Of a DNA stretch of 40,757 bases, positions 17,890 through 26,166 are shown piece by piece (positions within the stretch are counted from its first letter, which is position 1; each line of letters opens with the position of its first letter). The translations under genes were made by a program, and so were the position numbers. The notes beneath the pieces are model-generated. The model was not told the DNA's origin, did not search any database, and saw only the letters and a list, made by a program, of their open reading frames with translations. The stretch is taken from IMG/VR virus record IMGVR_UViG_3300045988_038276; one strand, 5' to 3'. The DNA comes from a virus.

Positions 17890-18309
17890 TTAGATGTTGC
17901 GTGCCTTGGCCTCGGCAGCGTAGGCGCTGCTCTCACGCTCAATGAGGTTTGCGGTGGCGTTGTCCTGGGCCATGCTCTGCTCCAGGACCTCCGCCACATA
18001 GGCGGGCACCTGCACGGTCTCGCCGCGCTTGATCTGGAAGCTGCGGCCATTGACGGCCACAAAAACGTCATCCTTGTACTTGTCGTTGTCCTTGAACAGA
18101 CGGATGGGCACAAGGTCGTTCGGCTTGGGCGCGGCGGGGGCGGTCTCTTTTGCCGTCTCCAGGGTCTCCTTGGCTTTGGCCTGGGCCTCTGCCACAATGG
18201 CAGCAGCTTCCGCCTTGGCCTTGGCGATGATGTCCTCCGCCTCGGCGGCGGGGGTAGCCTGCGTGGTGGCCTGCTGCTCATTGGCAGCAGCTTCTTTCTT
18301 GGCAGCCAT
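17890..18309 (-). CDS. Head-associated protein (Ala/Glu/Lys-rich N-terminus), 139 aa
   Basis: ORF track. RBS AGGAGG. Directly downstream of the major capsid gene. Confidence 0.55.
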   Translation of the reverse strand: MAAKKEAAANEQQATTQATPAAEAEDIIAKAKAEAAAIVAEAQAKAKETLETAKETAPAAPKPNDLVPIRLFKDNDKYKDDVFVAVNGRSFQIKRGETVQVPAYVAEVLEQSMAQDNATANLIERESSAYAAEAKARNI

Positions 18310-18339
18310 AGTGTAAATACCTCCTGTTGGTCAGAATGT

Positions 18340-18369
18340 GGGGCCGCCCGCCGTAAAGCAGGCGGCCCC
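18340..18369 (-). other. GC-rich hairpin just after the capsid gene stop
   Basis: GGGGCCGCC pairs with GGCGGCCCC. No U-tract follows. Confidence 0.4.
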
Positions 18370-18374
18370 GGTGA

Positions 18375-19424
18375 TTAGCTGTTGAAGGTGGAGCAGGTCT
18401 CGATGCGGACCATGTACGCCTCCACCAGGCGCTCGGCCACCTTGGTGGCTTTCCAGCCTGCGGTGGCGCGCTGGTCCAGAGGGTCGGCAGTACCGGCAGA
18501 GCCGAGCTGCTTCACGATGTGCTGGAGACCGCCGCCGGTGATCTCGGTCACACCGTAGGCGTCCGCACCCAGAATGAGGGTGGAGTACACGTCGCGCTGG
18601 TTGGCAGTCGCCGTGCCGGTCTCACAGTTCTTGCCCGCATGGGTAAAGACCTTGGCCTCGCTGGTCTCCACGAAGCGGACGCCCTCGATGCGTCCGATCT
18701 CGCCCTCGTAGATGCCGTCGGGGTCGGAGTAGGTCTTGACGTTCACCCACTTGGGGTCACTCATAAGGTCGTAGGAGCAATCCGGGTGGATGATGCCCGC
18801 GTAGTAGCCGTTGATCTTGGGCGCGTTCATCACCTTGAGGTAACGGACAGCGCGGCGCACGGCGTCCACGGTCAGGTAGTGGTTCTCGCTGTCGGTCTTG
18901 CTGCCGCCGCACAGGTTGGCGCGGCTGTCCACCTGGCCCTCGGCGTACTGCACGTTGGTGCCGCCGTTCAGTACCTCACGGGTGATGGTGTCCAGGGTGC
19001 GGCCCGCCTGGCTGCCCAGCAGCTTGGTGGCCTGCACCAGGTTGTTGTCGATGGCGGAAAGCAGCAGCATATCGGACAGCTCGATGAAGCCGCCGTACTG
19101 CGCCACAGTCGCGGTGATGACGCCCATGTTGAGCTTCTGACCTTCGGGGGTCACACCTTCGGTCAGGGCCGTGGTGGCCTTGGGCAGGGGGTCATACTTG
19201 CGGAACTCAATGGTCTTACCGCCATTCTTGGGGATGGGGTGCTTCTGTCCGAACTGGTCATGGACCAGCAGCGGCTCCGCCATATCAATGAGATAGTCGG
19301 AGTAGAAGGTTTTCATCTCGCCGGAAAGGTCGTTCCCGGTGGTTGCGCTGGTCGTCTTGTTGATGACTGCATTAAACAGGTTCAGCACGACGGGCAGCAG
19401 AATGAATTTGCGGATGGTGTTCAT
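18375..19424 (-). CDS. Major capsid protein, N4-gp56-like HK97 fold
   Basis: Motifs KTIEFRKY, LTEGVTPEG and ITATVAQYGGFIELSD are recalled from the N4-type capsid family. It follows the scaffold gene. Confidence 0.8.
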   Translation of the reverse strand: MNTIRKFILLPVVLNLFNAVINKTTSATTGNDLSGEMKTFYSDYLIDMAEPLLVHDQFGQKHPIPKNGGKTIEFRKYDPLPKATTALTEGVTPEGQKLNMGVITATVAQYGGFIELSDMLLLSAIDNNLVQATKLLGSQAGRTLDTITREVLNGGTNVQYAEGQVDSRANLCGGSKTDSENHYLTVDAVRRAVRYLKVMNAPKINGYYAGIIHPDCSYDLMSDPKWVNVKTYSDPDGIYEGEIGRIEGVRFVETSEAKVFTHAGKNCETGTATANQRDVYSTLILGADAYGVTEITGGGLQHIVKQLGSAGTADPLDQRATAGWKATKVAERLVEAYMVRIETCSTFNS

Positions 19425-19451
19425 GTTAAAATCTCCCTTCTGGGGAGAGGC

Positions 19452-20465
19452 TTAAAACTCGATGTGCTCTCCCCGTGCAGCTCTGCGGATGATCTCCGCG
19501 CGGTCCCTCTTGGACAGCTTGGAAACGTCATCCTTCACGATAAATGCACCCTGGGAGGTCGTGCCGTTTTCCTGGGGCCTTGTGCCCTTGGCGCGGATGC
19601 CGTCCACCACCTGCTTCTCCGTGGCCTTGGCCTGCATAGCGGCCACGCCCGCCTTGATCTGGTCCATGTGGACCACTTCATAAGCGTGCTGGACGGGAAC
19701 GCCCGCCCGGAGCATGGAGAGGAACTGGGGGTTTTTGACCTCCGCGTTGAGGTCGAAGCTGGGGTACAGCCCCTTGACCTGTTCGGCCTCGCCGTACCAC
19801 TGCTGGAGCTGCTGCTGCGCCCGCTGGTCGTTCTGCCGCTGGCGCTGCTGGCGCAAAAGCGCCTCGTTCTCCCGCTGGAGCTTCTGGAACTGCTTGTACT
19901 GCTCAACGGACATCCCCGCCTCCTCGGCGGCCTCGGACCAGTATGCGTCATCGTTTTCGATGGCCTGGGACAGCTTGCCCATGTCGCCGTCGCCGATCTG
20001 GTAGCGCTGCATCAGCATATCAATGACAGGCTGATACTGGCCCACCTGCTGCTCCAGGTTTCTGGTCTCCCGGAAGCGCCGGTCGATGATGCGCTGGGTC
20101 TCCTCGGTGTAGATGTCCTTGTACTCACCGTTCACAAGGTCCTGGAAAGCCCTGCGTTTGGCCTCCAGAGTATTGGACGTGGTGCTCGCGTCCGGTTTGT
20201 TGTCGCTCCCGGCGTCGGAGGACCGCTGCTGTCCCTCCGGGTCTCCGCCCTCGCCAGCCTCCGCCGGTTTGGCCTGCTTCCCGAAGATGACATTCTGGTA
20301 TTCGCCCGATTTTCCCCGCCGGGTGGATGCGGGGGATGCCTGGGTCTCGCCCTGTGTGCCGGGTGCTCCGTCGCCAGAGGCCGCCGCCCCTGCGCCTGCT
20401 CCGCCTGCGGCACCGCCGCCGTCGAACAGGTTCAGCCGGATGTCCAGCAAATGCTTGAAGTTCAT
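19452..20465 (-). CDS. Scaffolding protein
   Basis: Start MNFKHLL at 20465 follows AAAGGAGG. The protein is acidic and helical, with Q/E/R-rich coiled coil. It lies between Prp and the capsid gene. Confidence 0.65.
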   Translation of the reverse strand: MNFKHLLDIRLNLFDGGGAAGGAGAGAAASGDGAPGTQGETQASPASTRRGKSGEYQNVIFGKQAKPAEAGEGGDPEGQQRSSDAGSDNKPDASTTSNTLEAKRRAFQDLVNGEYKDIYTEETQRIIDRRFRETRNLEQQVGQYQPVIDMLMQRYQIGDGDMGKLSQAIENDDAYWSEAAEEAGMSVEQYKQFQKLQRENEALLRQQRQRQNDQRAQQQLQQWYGEAEQVKGLYPSFDLNAEVKNPQFLSMLRAGVPVQHAYEVVHMDQIKAGVAAMQAKATEKQVVDGIRAKGTRPQENGTTSQGAFIVKDDVSKLSKRDRAEIIRRAARGEHIEF

Positions 20466-20595
20466 AGGATTGCCTCCTTTTTCGTCGCGGGTGTATCGCC
20501 CCCGTGCATCGGTCCCTGACTTCACCAGGGCAGCGGCCCGGTCCCCACCGTGACCGCCGCCCCGCATGGTGTGAAGCAGGAGGACAGTATAAGCG

Positions 20596-20626
20596 TATCA
20601 AATGCTTTTCCGCTTTTCGCCCCGAA
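20596..20626 (-). promoter_or_regulatory. Conserved promoter-like element, copy 1 (TTCGGGGCGAAAA-N11-TTTGATA)
   Basis: The same 13-mer, the same 11-nt spacing and the same TGnTA extended -10-like box occur at 25472-25502 and 39017-39047. Confidence 0.55.
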
Positions 20627-20640
20627 CTCGGAAAAAATTT

Positions 20641-20952
20641 TTATTTTTCTTCCCGGCACTCCACCTGGACCTGCTCCGGGTGGGCCTGGGCCACCTGGGC
20701 AAGGCCGATGGCGGCCATCTCAAAGGCCGCCGCCGTGCCGTCGTCCCCGTTGAAGTCGAGCTGCACATCGCCGCTCTCCATCCGCCAGGTGTAGACCTCC
20801 ACATAGCGTTCCCGCATGGCGTTGGTCACATATCCGGCCAGGGCGTAAAGGATGCCGGACACCGCCGCGCACGCCTCTACGCTGCCGGTGGCGTGGCCCT
20901 GGGCAGAGAGAATGCAGCGCTGGCCGTCCCGTTCGGCGTAAATCTGGGTCAT
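20641..20952 (-). CDS. prp: Prp-like cysteine protease (ribosomal-processing protease family)
   Basis: GHATGSVEACAAVSG matches the Prp His/Cys signature GHA...CAAVS. Start MTQIYAERDG follows GGGAGG. It lies between the portal and scaffold genes. Confidence 0.65.
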   Translation of the reverse strand: MTQIYAERDGQRCILSAQGHATGSVEACAAVSGILYALAGYVTNAMRERYVEVYTWRMESGDVQLDFNGDDGTAAAFEMAAIGLAQVAQAHPEQVQVECREEK

Positions 20953-20968
20953 AACACGTCGCCTCCCG

Positions 20969-22978
20969 TCATTCGTTGCCCATGCTGGGGGTGCTGCGCT
21001 TTGCAAGCCGCTCCCCGTAGCCGGTCATGGGATGCTGGGCCTCCATGATGCCGCTTGCAAGGCTGTCCTTCTCGCTGGAGGGCACGGGGCCTGCCGCTTG
21101 GCCTCGCTGGCCGCCGCCGGTAGGCTGCGCCGCTCCGATGCCCATGTCCTTGCCCGTGAGGGTCTGGATGATAAGGGCCATCTGGTCGAGCTGCTGGGAC
21201 ATCTGCTGGCAGATATTGAGAAGGGTCTGGCCGTTCTGCACCTGCTCCTTCACCTTGTCGATGCCCTCAAACTCCATCATTTCCAGAGCGCCCAGCGCCT
21301 CCTGCGCCCGCTCCGGGTTGAAGAAGCCCAGGCCGTACAGCTCCTTGGCCCGCTCGTTCTGTTCCATGCGGGAGAATGGGTTTTTCTTCTGGGCCTTGAT
21401 TTTCAGGTCGAAGATGGGCTTGCGGTAGAGGGGGAGGCCGTCGGAGGTCTGGCCCACTTCCTGCTCCTTGATGCCCGCGTTGTTCATGTCGATGAACTGG
21501 TAGCTGCCAGGCGTCTGGCCCGTGATGCGGAACGAGCGGGTCTCGTCGTAGAACTGCCGGATAAGCTCAATGCACATCGAATTGATTTTGACATGGGTGC
21601 GGTAGCTGGCGGAGATCATGTCCCGGCTGGCCTTGTTGCCCGCCTCCTGGAGGGCAGCGATGGCAGCGGCGGCGGTGACGCCGGACCCGGCGCTGCCGCT
21701 GTTCACGTCGCGGTTGGCCGCCGTGTCCTTCATCTCCTCGATTTTCATTTGCGCCACGGTCACATAGATGTCGTCCAGCGGGTTGGTGACAATCTCCTTG
21801 ATGCGCCTGTCGTCAAGCTCACCCTGGACGTGGACCAGGGGCTTGCTCCAGTCCAGGAACTCCTCCTCGTTGATGCCCGTGCTGTCGCTGACGAAGAAAC
21901 GCTTCTTGGTGGTCATCATGCTGTTCTCCAGAATGTTGGAGGACAGCTTGTCGATGTAGAGCTGCGGGTCCTTGCAGATGGCGACGTAGCCGAAGCCCAC
22001 CGGCGTGCCTTTTTCTGGGAACATCACATCCAGCACGACGGGGTAGAGGCCGTGGTCGTACCAGCCCGTGTCCCGGTAGTTGGGGTCGTTCTCGCTGGCA
22101 AACAGCAGGGTCTCGCCCACGAACTTGGCGTAGTGCAGCAGCGTCTTGCCGCTGGCAGAGGTCGTCTTGTAGTACCAGTCCACCACCACGCTTTTGTTGC
22201 TGGTGTCGATGGTGTCATCGTAGATATACTGCTTCACATCCACGGCCCCGCCGCTCAAATGGCCCTTGTGCTCCGGGTACTGCTGCTCCAGCAGGTCCTC
22301 GTCCACCAGGTCCACGAGAAAGAGGTTGCGGGACTTCTGGATGTCGGTCACGCCCGGCTCCCAAAACAGCTTTAGCAGGTCGATCTCCCGGATGTCCACG
22401 TCGCCCAGGCCGTTCTCCTTGGCGCTGTTCCAGAACACGCCATAGGCTGCCGTGCCGTGTTTCAGCTTCTCCCACCAGTTGTCAGAGTAGGTCTGCTCGT
22501 AGTCGTTGTACTCCAGGATGACCGGCAGCACGGAGGACAGCACCTTGGCGCTCTCCTCGTCGCTGCGCTCGCGGGGGAGGACCACCGGCTCCGGGTAGTT
22601 GTCCATGGCGTCCGCGTGCTTATTGAGAATAGCGTTGAACAGCCAGGCAGAGGACGGCTCCGGCCCTCTGTACTCCGGGTTGTCCGTGCGCTGCTTGCCC
22701 TTGCGGATGGCCTCCCAATGGCGCAGCTCCCACCATAGCTCATCCTGGACCACGCGCTCCTCCAGGCTGGCCTTGCCCTGCTTGTAGCGGGTCAGGATGC
22801 TGATTGCCTCCGCAATCTCCGCTCTGCCGATGCGCCGCTGCCCGGCGGGGGCCGTCAGCAGCATGGCCTCCATCTCCGGGTTCACGCTCTCGTCCTTCTG
22901 CACGCCGGGGACGCCCCAGCCCATCGGGGGCTTGCCCAGGGTCGCGTCCTGCTCGTTCTTCCGTCCGAAAAGTGCCAT
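20969..22978 (-). CDS. Portal protein, 669 aa
   Basis: Size, position downstream of terL, RBS AGGAGG. Confidence 0.8.
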   Translation of the reverse strand: MALFGRKNEQDATLGKPPMGWGVPGVQKDESVNPEMEAMLLTAPAGQRRIGRAEIAEAISILTRYKQGKASLEERVVQDELWWELRHWEAIRKGKQRTDNPEYRGPEPSSAWLFNAILNKHADAMDNYPEPVVLPRERSDEESAKVLSSVLPVILEYNDYEQTYSDNWWEKLKHGTAAYGVFWNSAKENGLGDVDIREIDLLKLFWEPGVTDIQKSRNLFLVDLVDEDLLEQQYPEHKGHLSGGAVDVKQYIYDDTIDTSNKSVVVDWYYKTTSASGKTLLHYAKFVGETLLFASENDPNYRDTGWYDHGLYPVVLDVMFPEKGTPVGFGYVAICKDPQLYIDKLSSNILENSMMTTKKRFFVSDSTGINEEEFLDWSKPLVHVQGELDDRRIKEIVTNPLDDIYVTVAQMKIEEMKDTAANRDVNSGSAGSGVTAAAAIAALQEAGNKASRDMISASYRTHVKINSMCIELIRQFYDETRSFRITGQTPGSYQFIDMNNAGIKEQEVGQTSDGLPLYRKPIFDLKIKAQKKNPFSRMEQNERAKELYGLGFFNPERAQEALGALEMMEFEGIDKVKEQVQNGQTLLNICQQMSQQLDQMALIIQTLTGKDMGIGAAQPTGGGQRGQAAGPVPSSEKDSLASGIMEAQHPMTGYGERLAKRSTPSMGNE

Positions 22979-22981
22979 AAA

Positions 22982-23470
22982 TCAATACCTCCTGCTGTTC
23001 GTTTTGTTTTTCTGCTGCTGTGCAAGTGTTATCCATGTGCAGTTGCCGGGGTCATAGTTTCCATTCACATTTCGCCGCTCTATGGTGAGGCTCGGCGCGT
23101 ACCCGCTTCCCAGCGCCCAATCCCGAAACGCCGCAAAGCTGGCCGCCCACTCGCTGCATACGGTGATACCCCGTCCGCCGTAGTGCGGGTAGTCACGGTA
23201 CGAGGCGTTGAAGCACCGTTCTTTCATGCCCTTCCAGATGTTGTACAGCCTTGTGCCGTATCCTCCGTGGGTTCTCATTCGCTCGGCCATGGCCTGCTTC
23301 CGCAGGCAACCGCAGCTTTTTACCTTCCCGTGGGTAAGATCGCTTGCAAGGGCGGTTGTGCTTCCTCCGCAGCGGCAACGGCATACCCACAACCGCCTGC
23401 CGTGCTTATCGGTCACGCGGTCAGCGGTCACGGTCAGTTCTCCAAATTGTTTTCCTGTCAGATCATCCAT
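22982..23470 (-). CDS. AP2-like DNA-binding protein (homing-endonuclease-associated type) inserted between terL and portal
   Basis: Motifs RLYNIWKGMKERC, YGGRGITVCSEW and IERRNVNGNYDPGNCTW. Confidence 0.5.
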   Translation of the reverse strand: MDDLTGKQFGELTVTADRVTDKHGRRLWVCRCRCGGSTTALASDLTHGKVKSCGCLRKQAMAERMRTHGGYGTRLYNIWKGMKERCFNASYRDYPHYGGRGITVCSEWAASFAAFRDWALGSGYAPSLTIERRNVNGNYDPGNCTWITLAQQQKNKTNSRRY

Positions 23471-23482
23471 TGTGTGTCCTCC

Positions 23483-24925
23483 TTAGTAGCGCCTGTAAAA
23501 ATCGTAACGGTCATACTGCTGGTCCTGTCCCAGGTCCAGCGGGTCATATACCACCAGGGCGGGGGGCTTGTTCCGCCTGGGTGCTATCGGGTTTTTCATG
23601 CAGACGTAGCGCAGCTCGTCGTAGATGTGGTCCTCGCCCTCGGTGTTGATGTCCTCCACGTTCTTCTCGTCGTAGACCAGGTTGGGGACCGTGCGGATGA
23701 AGTGCTTGCAGGTGTTGAACACATACAGCATGGGGATGCCCTCCTCGTCAAAGGCGAGGCGGTGATGCACCTGCATCTTGCCGTCGATGCGGGCGTGGTC
23801 GCCGCGCTCGAAGTACACCCGTTGCCGCTCCATCAGAGCGCCGATGCTCTCCGTGCCGTCGCTGCCCCAGATGGCCGGGTCTCCCACGCGGTTGATGCGC
23901 CGGTCCTTGAGGTTGGGGTCCTCGGCCTCGATGCGCCGTATCTCCCGCGCCACCTCGGACGGTTCCATCTTCACGCCGGTGTTTGGGGTGCCGGTGCAGC
24001 CGTAATACTCCCGGATGCGGTAGAGCCGCCGGTCCCGGTCCACGGCGTACCAGCCCACGGAGAAGGGCCTGGAGTAGCCCCAGTCCAGGCCGCACCAGAT
24101 GGCCCAGTCCTGCGGGACCTTGAAGGGGGAGATGACGTGGGTGTTGATGCGGTCCGTGTAGTGGTCGCTGTCGTTGCGCCACTCCGTGAATACCTGGCCC
24201 GCGAAGGTGTCCCAGTCGCCGTACAGCAGCGCCTTGCGCTCCTGCTCCGGCATGGAGGCCAGGCTGGTGAGGTAGTCCGGGTTGTTGGCAAGCAGTATCT
24301 TGTTGTCAAACACGGAGGACGGCACGAAGATGCGGGACTTCCAGCGCGTCTCCTCGTGGCCGTCAGGGAAGCGGACCTTGAACTGCTCCCAGATCGTTTG
24401 CATGGGCTGGGCCGCCGTGATGAAGCGCTCCTTCACCCAGCCGTGGCCCACGCCGCCGGGGTTGGCCTGCGCCCGGATGTAGCAGCGGGTCCCCGGCCCG
24501 TTGGGGCGGTTTCGGGAGAACAGGTAGCTGTACTCCTCCCAGAGAAATTGCGTCAGCTCGTCAAAGTCGATGAAGTCATAGCGCTTGCCCTGGTAGTTGG
24601 TCCGGTCCTTGGTGTACTGCATAGAGCCGAAGAAAATCTTGGCCCCGGAGGGGAAGGTCCAGACGTGCTTGCTCTCGTTAAACCTGGCCTTTTTGTAGGC
24701 CCGTCTGTAAATCTCCGTGCTGCGGTCCATCAGCTCCGTGAGCTGCGGGAAGGTCTTGCGGAGGATAAGCCCACGGTAATGCGGTATCTCCACCTGGCGC
24801 AGGGCCTCGGCCAGGGCGCAGTCCGATTTACCGCCGCCCGCTGCACCGCCGTACAGTGCCTCGTCCTCAAAGCGGGCCATGAGTGCCGCCTGGCGCGGCT
24901 GCGGTGTCCAGATGACTTTACCCAT
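23483..24925 (-). CDS. terL: Terminase large subunit
   Basis: Walker A GGAAGGGKS, followed by a DFDE acidic motif. 480 aa. Overlaps the terS stop. Confidence 0.9.
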   Translation of the reverse strand: MGKVIWTPQPRQAALMARFEDEALYGGAAGGGKSDCALAEALRQVEIPHYRGLILRKTFPQLTELMDRSTEIYRRAYKKARFNESKHVWTFPSGAKIFFGSMQYTKDRTNYQGKRYDFIDFDELTQFLWEEYSYLFSRNRPNGPGTRCYIRAQANPGGVGHGWVKERFITAAQPMQTIWEQFKVRFPDGHEETRWKSRIFVPSSVFDNKILLANNPDYLTSLASMPEQERKALLYGDWDTFAGQVFTEWRNDSDHYTDRINTHVISPFKVPQDWAIWCGLDWGYSRPFSVGWYAVDRDRRLYRIREYYGCTGTPNTGVKMEPSEVAREIRRIEAEDPNLKDRRINRVGDPAIWGSDGTESIGALMERQRVYFERGDHARIDGKMQVHHRLAFDEEGIPMLYVFNTCKHFIRTVPNLVYDEKNVEDINTEGEDHIYDELRYVCMKNPIAPRRNKPPALVVYDPLDLGQDQQYDRYDFYRRY

Positions 24926-25427
24926 CGTTTGCGCCTCCCTCCGTCGGTGGGCCTGGGTTGTCCATCACGGGGGAGAGGAGCACCACGCCGCTGCCCTCGT
25001 CCTCGTCGCCGTCCTGGGTCTCCGGCTTGTACTTCCACGTCTCCGGCTTCCGGTTGGTCAGCCAGAACATGGCGCTGGTGGGGTCCGGCGGGACCACCTT
25101 GTTGATGGTCGTGACCAACTCCACCACGTTGCCCAGCCGGTCCAGCTTTTGCTCCCGGCGGGTCTCGATGTATTCAAAGCCGCAGGCCCGCTTGAACAGG
25201 GCGGCCTCCACCTGCTCGTCCGGCACCTCGCACGCCTGCGCGAAAGCAGCCGAAAGTGCCGCGTAGCGCTCGTCCCCCTCCTGGCCCTCGTCCAGGTATT
25301 TGCGGAAGGTAGAGTAGGCGATATGGAGGTTGGCAGCGATCTCCTTTGCCGTGGCTCCGTCTTTGGCCCATTTGATGATCTTGTCCAGGTTGGGGAGGAC
25401 ATGGGTCTCGTATTTACTTTTTGCCAT
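24918..25427 (-). CDS. terS: Terminase small subunit (HTH)
   Basis: Start MAKSKYETH at 25427 lies downstream of promoter-like copy 2. Immediately upstream of terL. The HTH-like segment is GATAKEIAANLHIAYSTFRKY. Confidence 0.65.
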   Translation of the reverse strand: MAKSKYETHVLPNLDKIIKWAKDGATAKEIAANLHIAYSTFRKYLDEGQEGDERYAALSAAFAQACEVPDEQVEAALFKRACGFEYIETRREQKLDRLGNVVELVTTINKVVPPDPTSAMFWLTNRKPETWKYKPETQDGDEDEGSGVVLLSPVMDNPGPPTEGGANDG

Positions 25428-25471
25428 TCGCTCCCGCCTGCCTTTCTGAAAAATTGGCTTCTCTTTCATCG

Positions 25472-25502
25472 TAGCAAAGGCAGCTTCTTTTTTCGCCCCG
25501 AA
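25472..25502 (-). promoter_or_regulatory. Conserved promoter-like element, copy 2 (TTCGGGGCGAAAA-N11-TTTGCTA)
   Basis: See copy 1. It ends about 45 nt upstream of the terS ATG. Confidence 0.55.
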
Positions 25503-25542
25503 GGGAGGATGTTTTTTCATTCTGGTGTTCACGCGTGTGTGG

Positions 25543-25612
25543 GGGACCCTCTCACCCTCACCATCCCCCCATACCCCCCTTCCTCTCCCTCTCTCCCTGG
25601 AGCGAGGGAGAC
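25543..25612 (-). other. Polypurine G-tract island (minus strand), G-quadruplex-capable
   Basis: The minus strand reads GGGAGAGAGGGAGAGGAAGGGGGGTATGGGGGGATGGTGAGGGTGAGAGGG. It lies between the terminator and the terS promoter-like element. Confidence 0.5.
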
Positions 25613-25630
25613 CATTTTCGTGGCCTCACG

Positions 25631-25669
25631 AAAAAGATAAGAGACCCCAGGCCATAGGCCCAGGGTCTC
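25631..25669 (-). terminator. Intrinsic terminator closing the early/replication operon
   Basis: A 13-bp stem, GAGACCCTGGGCC / GGCCTGGGGTCTC with two G-U pairs, is followed by TTATCTTTTT. Confidence 0.7.
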
Positions 25670-25679
25670 CCTGGTATGC

Positions 25680-25850
25680 TTATGCTTTGCTTTTGCTGTG
25701 CTTTTCTATCGTGTAGGTGGCCCCATAGCGCCGCCGCCCACAATGGGAGCAGGTCACTTTGTGATCTACGCCGCCGCCCACGCGTTTGAGGTCGTAGCCC
25801 TCCTGGAGCATCGCGGCGCACCTGCCGCAAAGGTCCTTCGGTTCGGTCAT
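25680..25850 (-). CDS. 56-aa zinc-ribbon protein (below the ORF-track size cutoff)
   Basis: Hand translation: MTEPKDLCGRCAAMLQEGYDLKRVGGGVDHKVTCSHCGRRRYGATYTIEKHSKSKA. The ATG overlaps the upstream stop (TGATG). Confidence 0.5.
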   Translation of the reverse strand: MTEPKDLCGRCAAMLQEGYDLKRVGGGVDHKVTCSHCGRRRYGATYTIEKHSKSKA

Positions 25851-26038
25851 CAGTCGCTCACCCCCTTGAAGCTCTCCCGGACGTGGCCGCCGTTCAGCTC
25901 AAATTCCACGGTGTGGTAGTACCCCTTCGGATGGATGTACACCACGCGGCCCGCCACAGGCCGCCTCAAGCTCCGCTTGTCCTCGCCGCTGTCGGTGAAT
26001 GTCTCCGGCAGGCGCATCACCTTGTCGCCCAGCTTCAT
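25850..26038 (-). CDS. Hypothetical 62-aa protein
   Basis: Start MKLGDKV follows GGGAGGG. An ATGA overlap links it to the upstream micro-ORF. Confidence 0.5.
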   Translation of the reverse strand: MKLGDKVMRLPETFTDSGEDKRSLRRPVAGRVVYIHPKGYYHTVEFELNGGHVRESFKGVSD

Positions 26039-26166
26039 GCCTTGCCCTCCCATGCCGGGCAGGCGGTGTCCGGCTCCGTGAAGTCCGCGCAGCGTGGGCT
26101 GTCTCCGTTGAAGCATACGCCCTGGAAGTCCTCGTACCAGGCGCAGCTTCCGCAATTCTGCTTCAT
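26035..26166 (-). CDS. 43-aa Cys-rich micro-protein (below the ORF-track size cutoff)
   Basis: Hand translation: MKQNCGSCAWYEDFQGVCFNGDSPRCADFTEPDTACPAWEGKA. RBS GGGAGGAA. ATGA overlaps at both ends. Confidence 0.45.
   Translation of the reverse strand: MKQNCGSCAWYEDFQGVCFNGDSPRCADFTEPDTACPAWEGKA

Noticed and set aside
25558-25830. ORFs across the terS-upstream gap (25558-25830 minus, 25525-25716 plus)
   Set aside because: They run through the terminator hairpin and the G-tract island. A 56-aa zinc-ribbon ORF (25680-25850) with translational coupling explains the coding part better.
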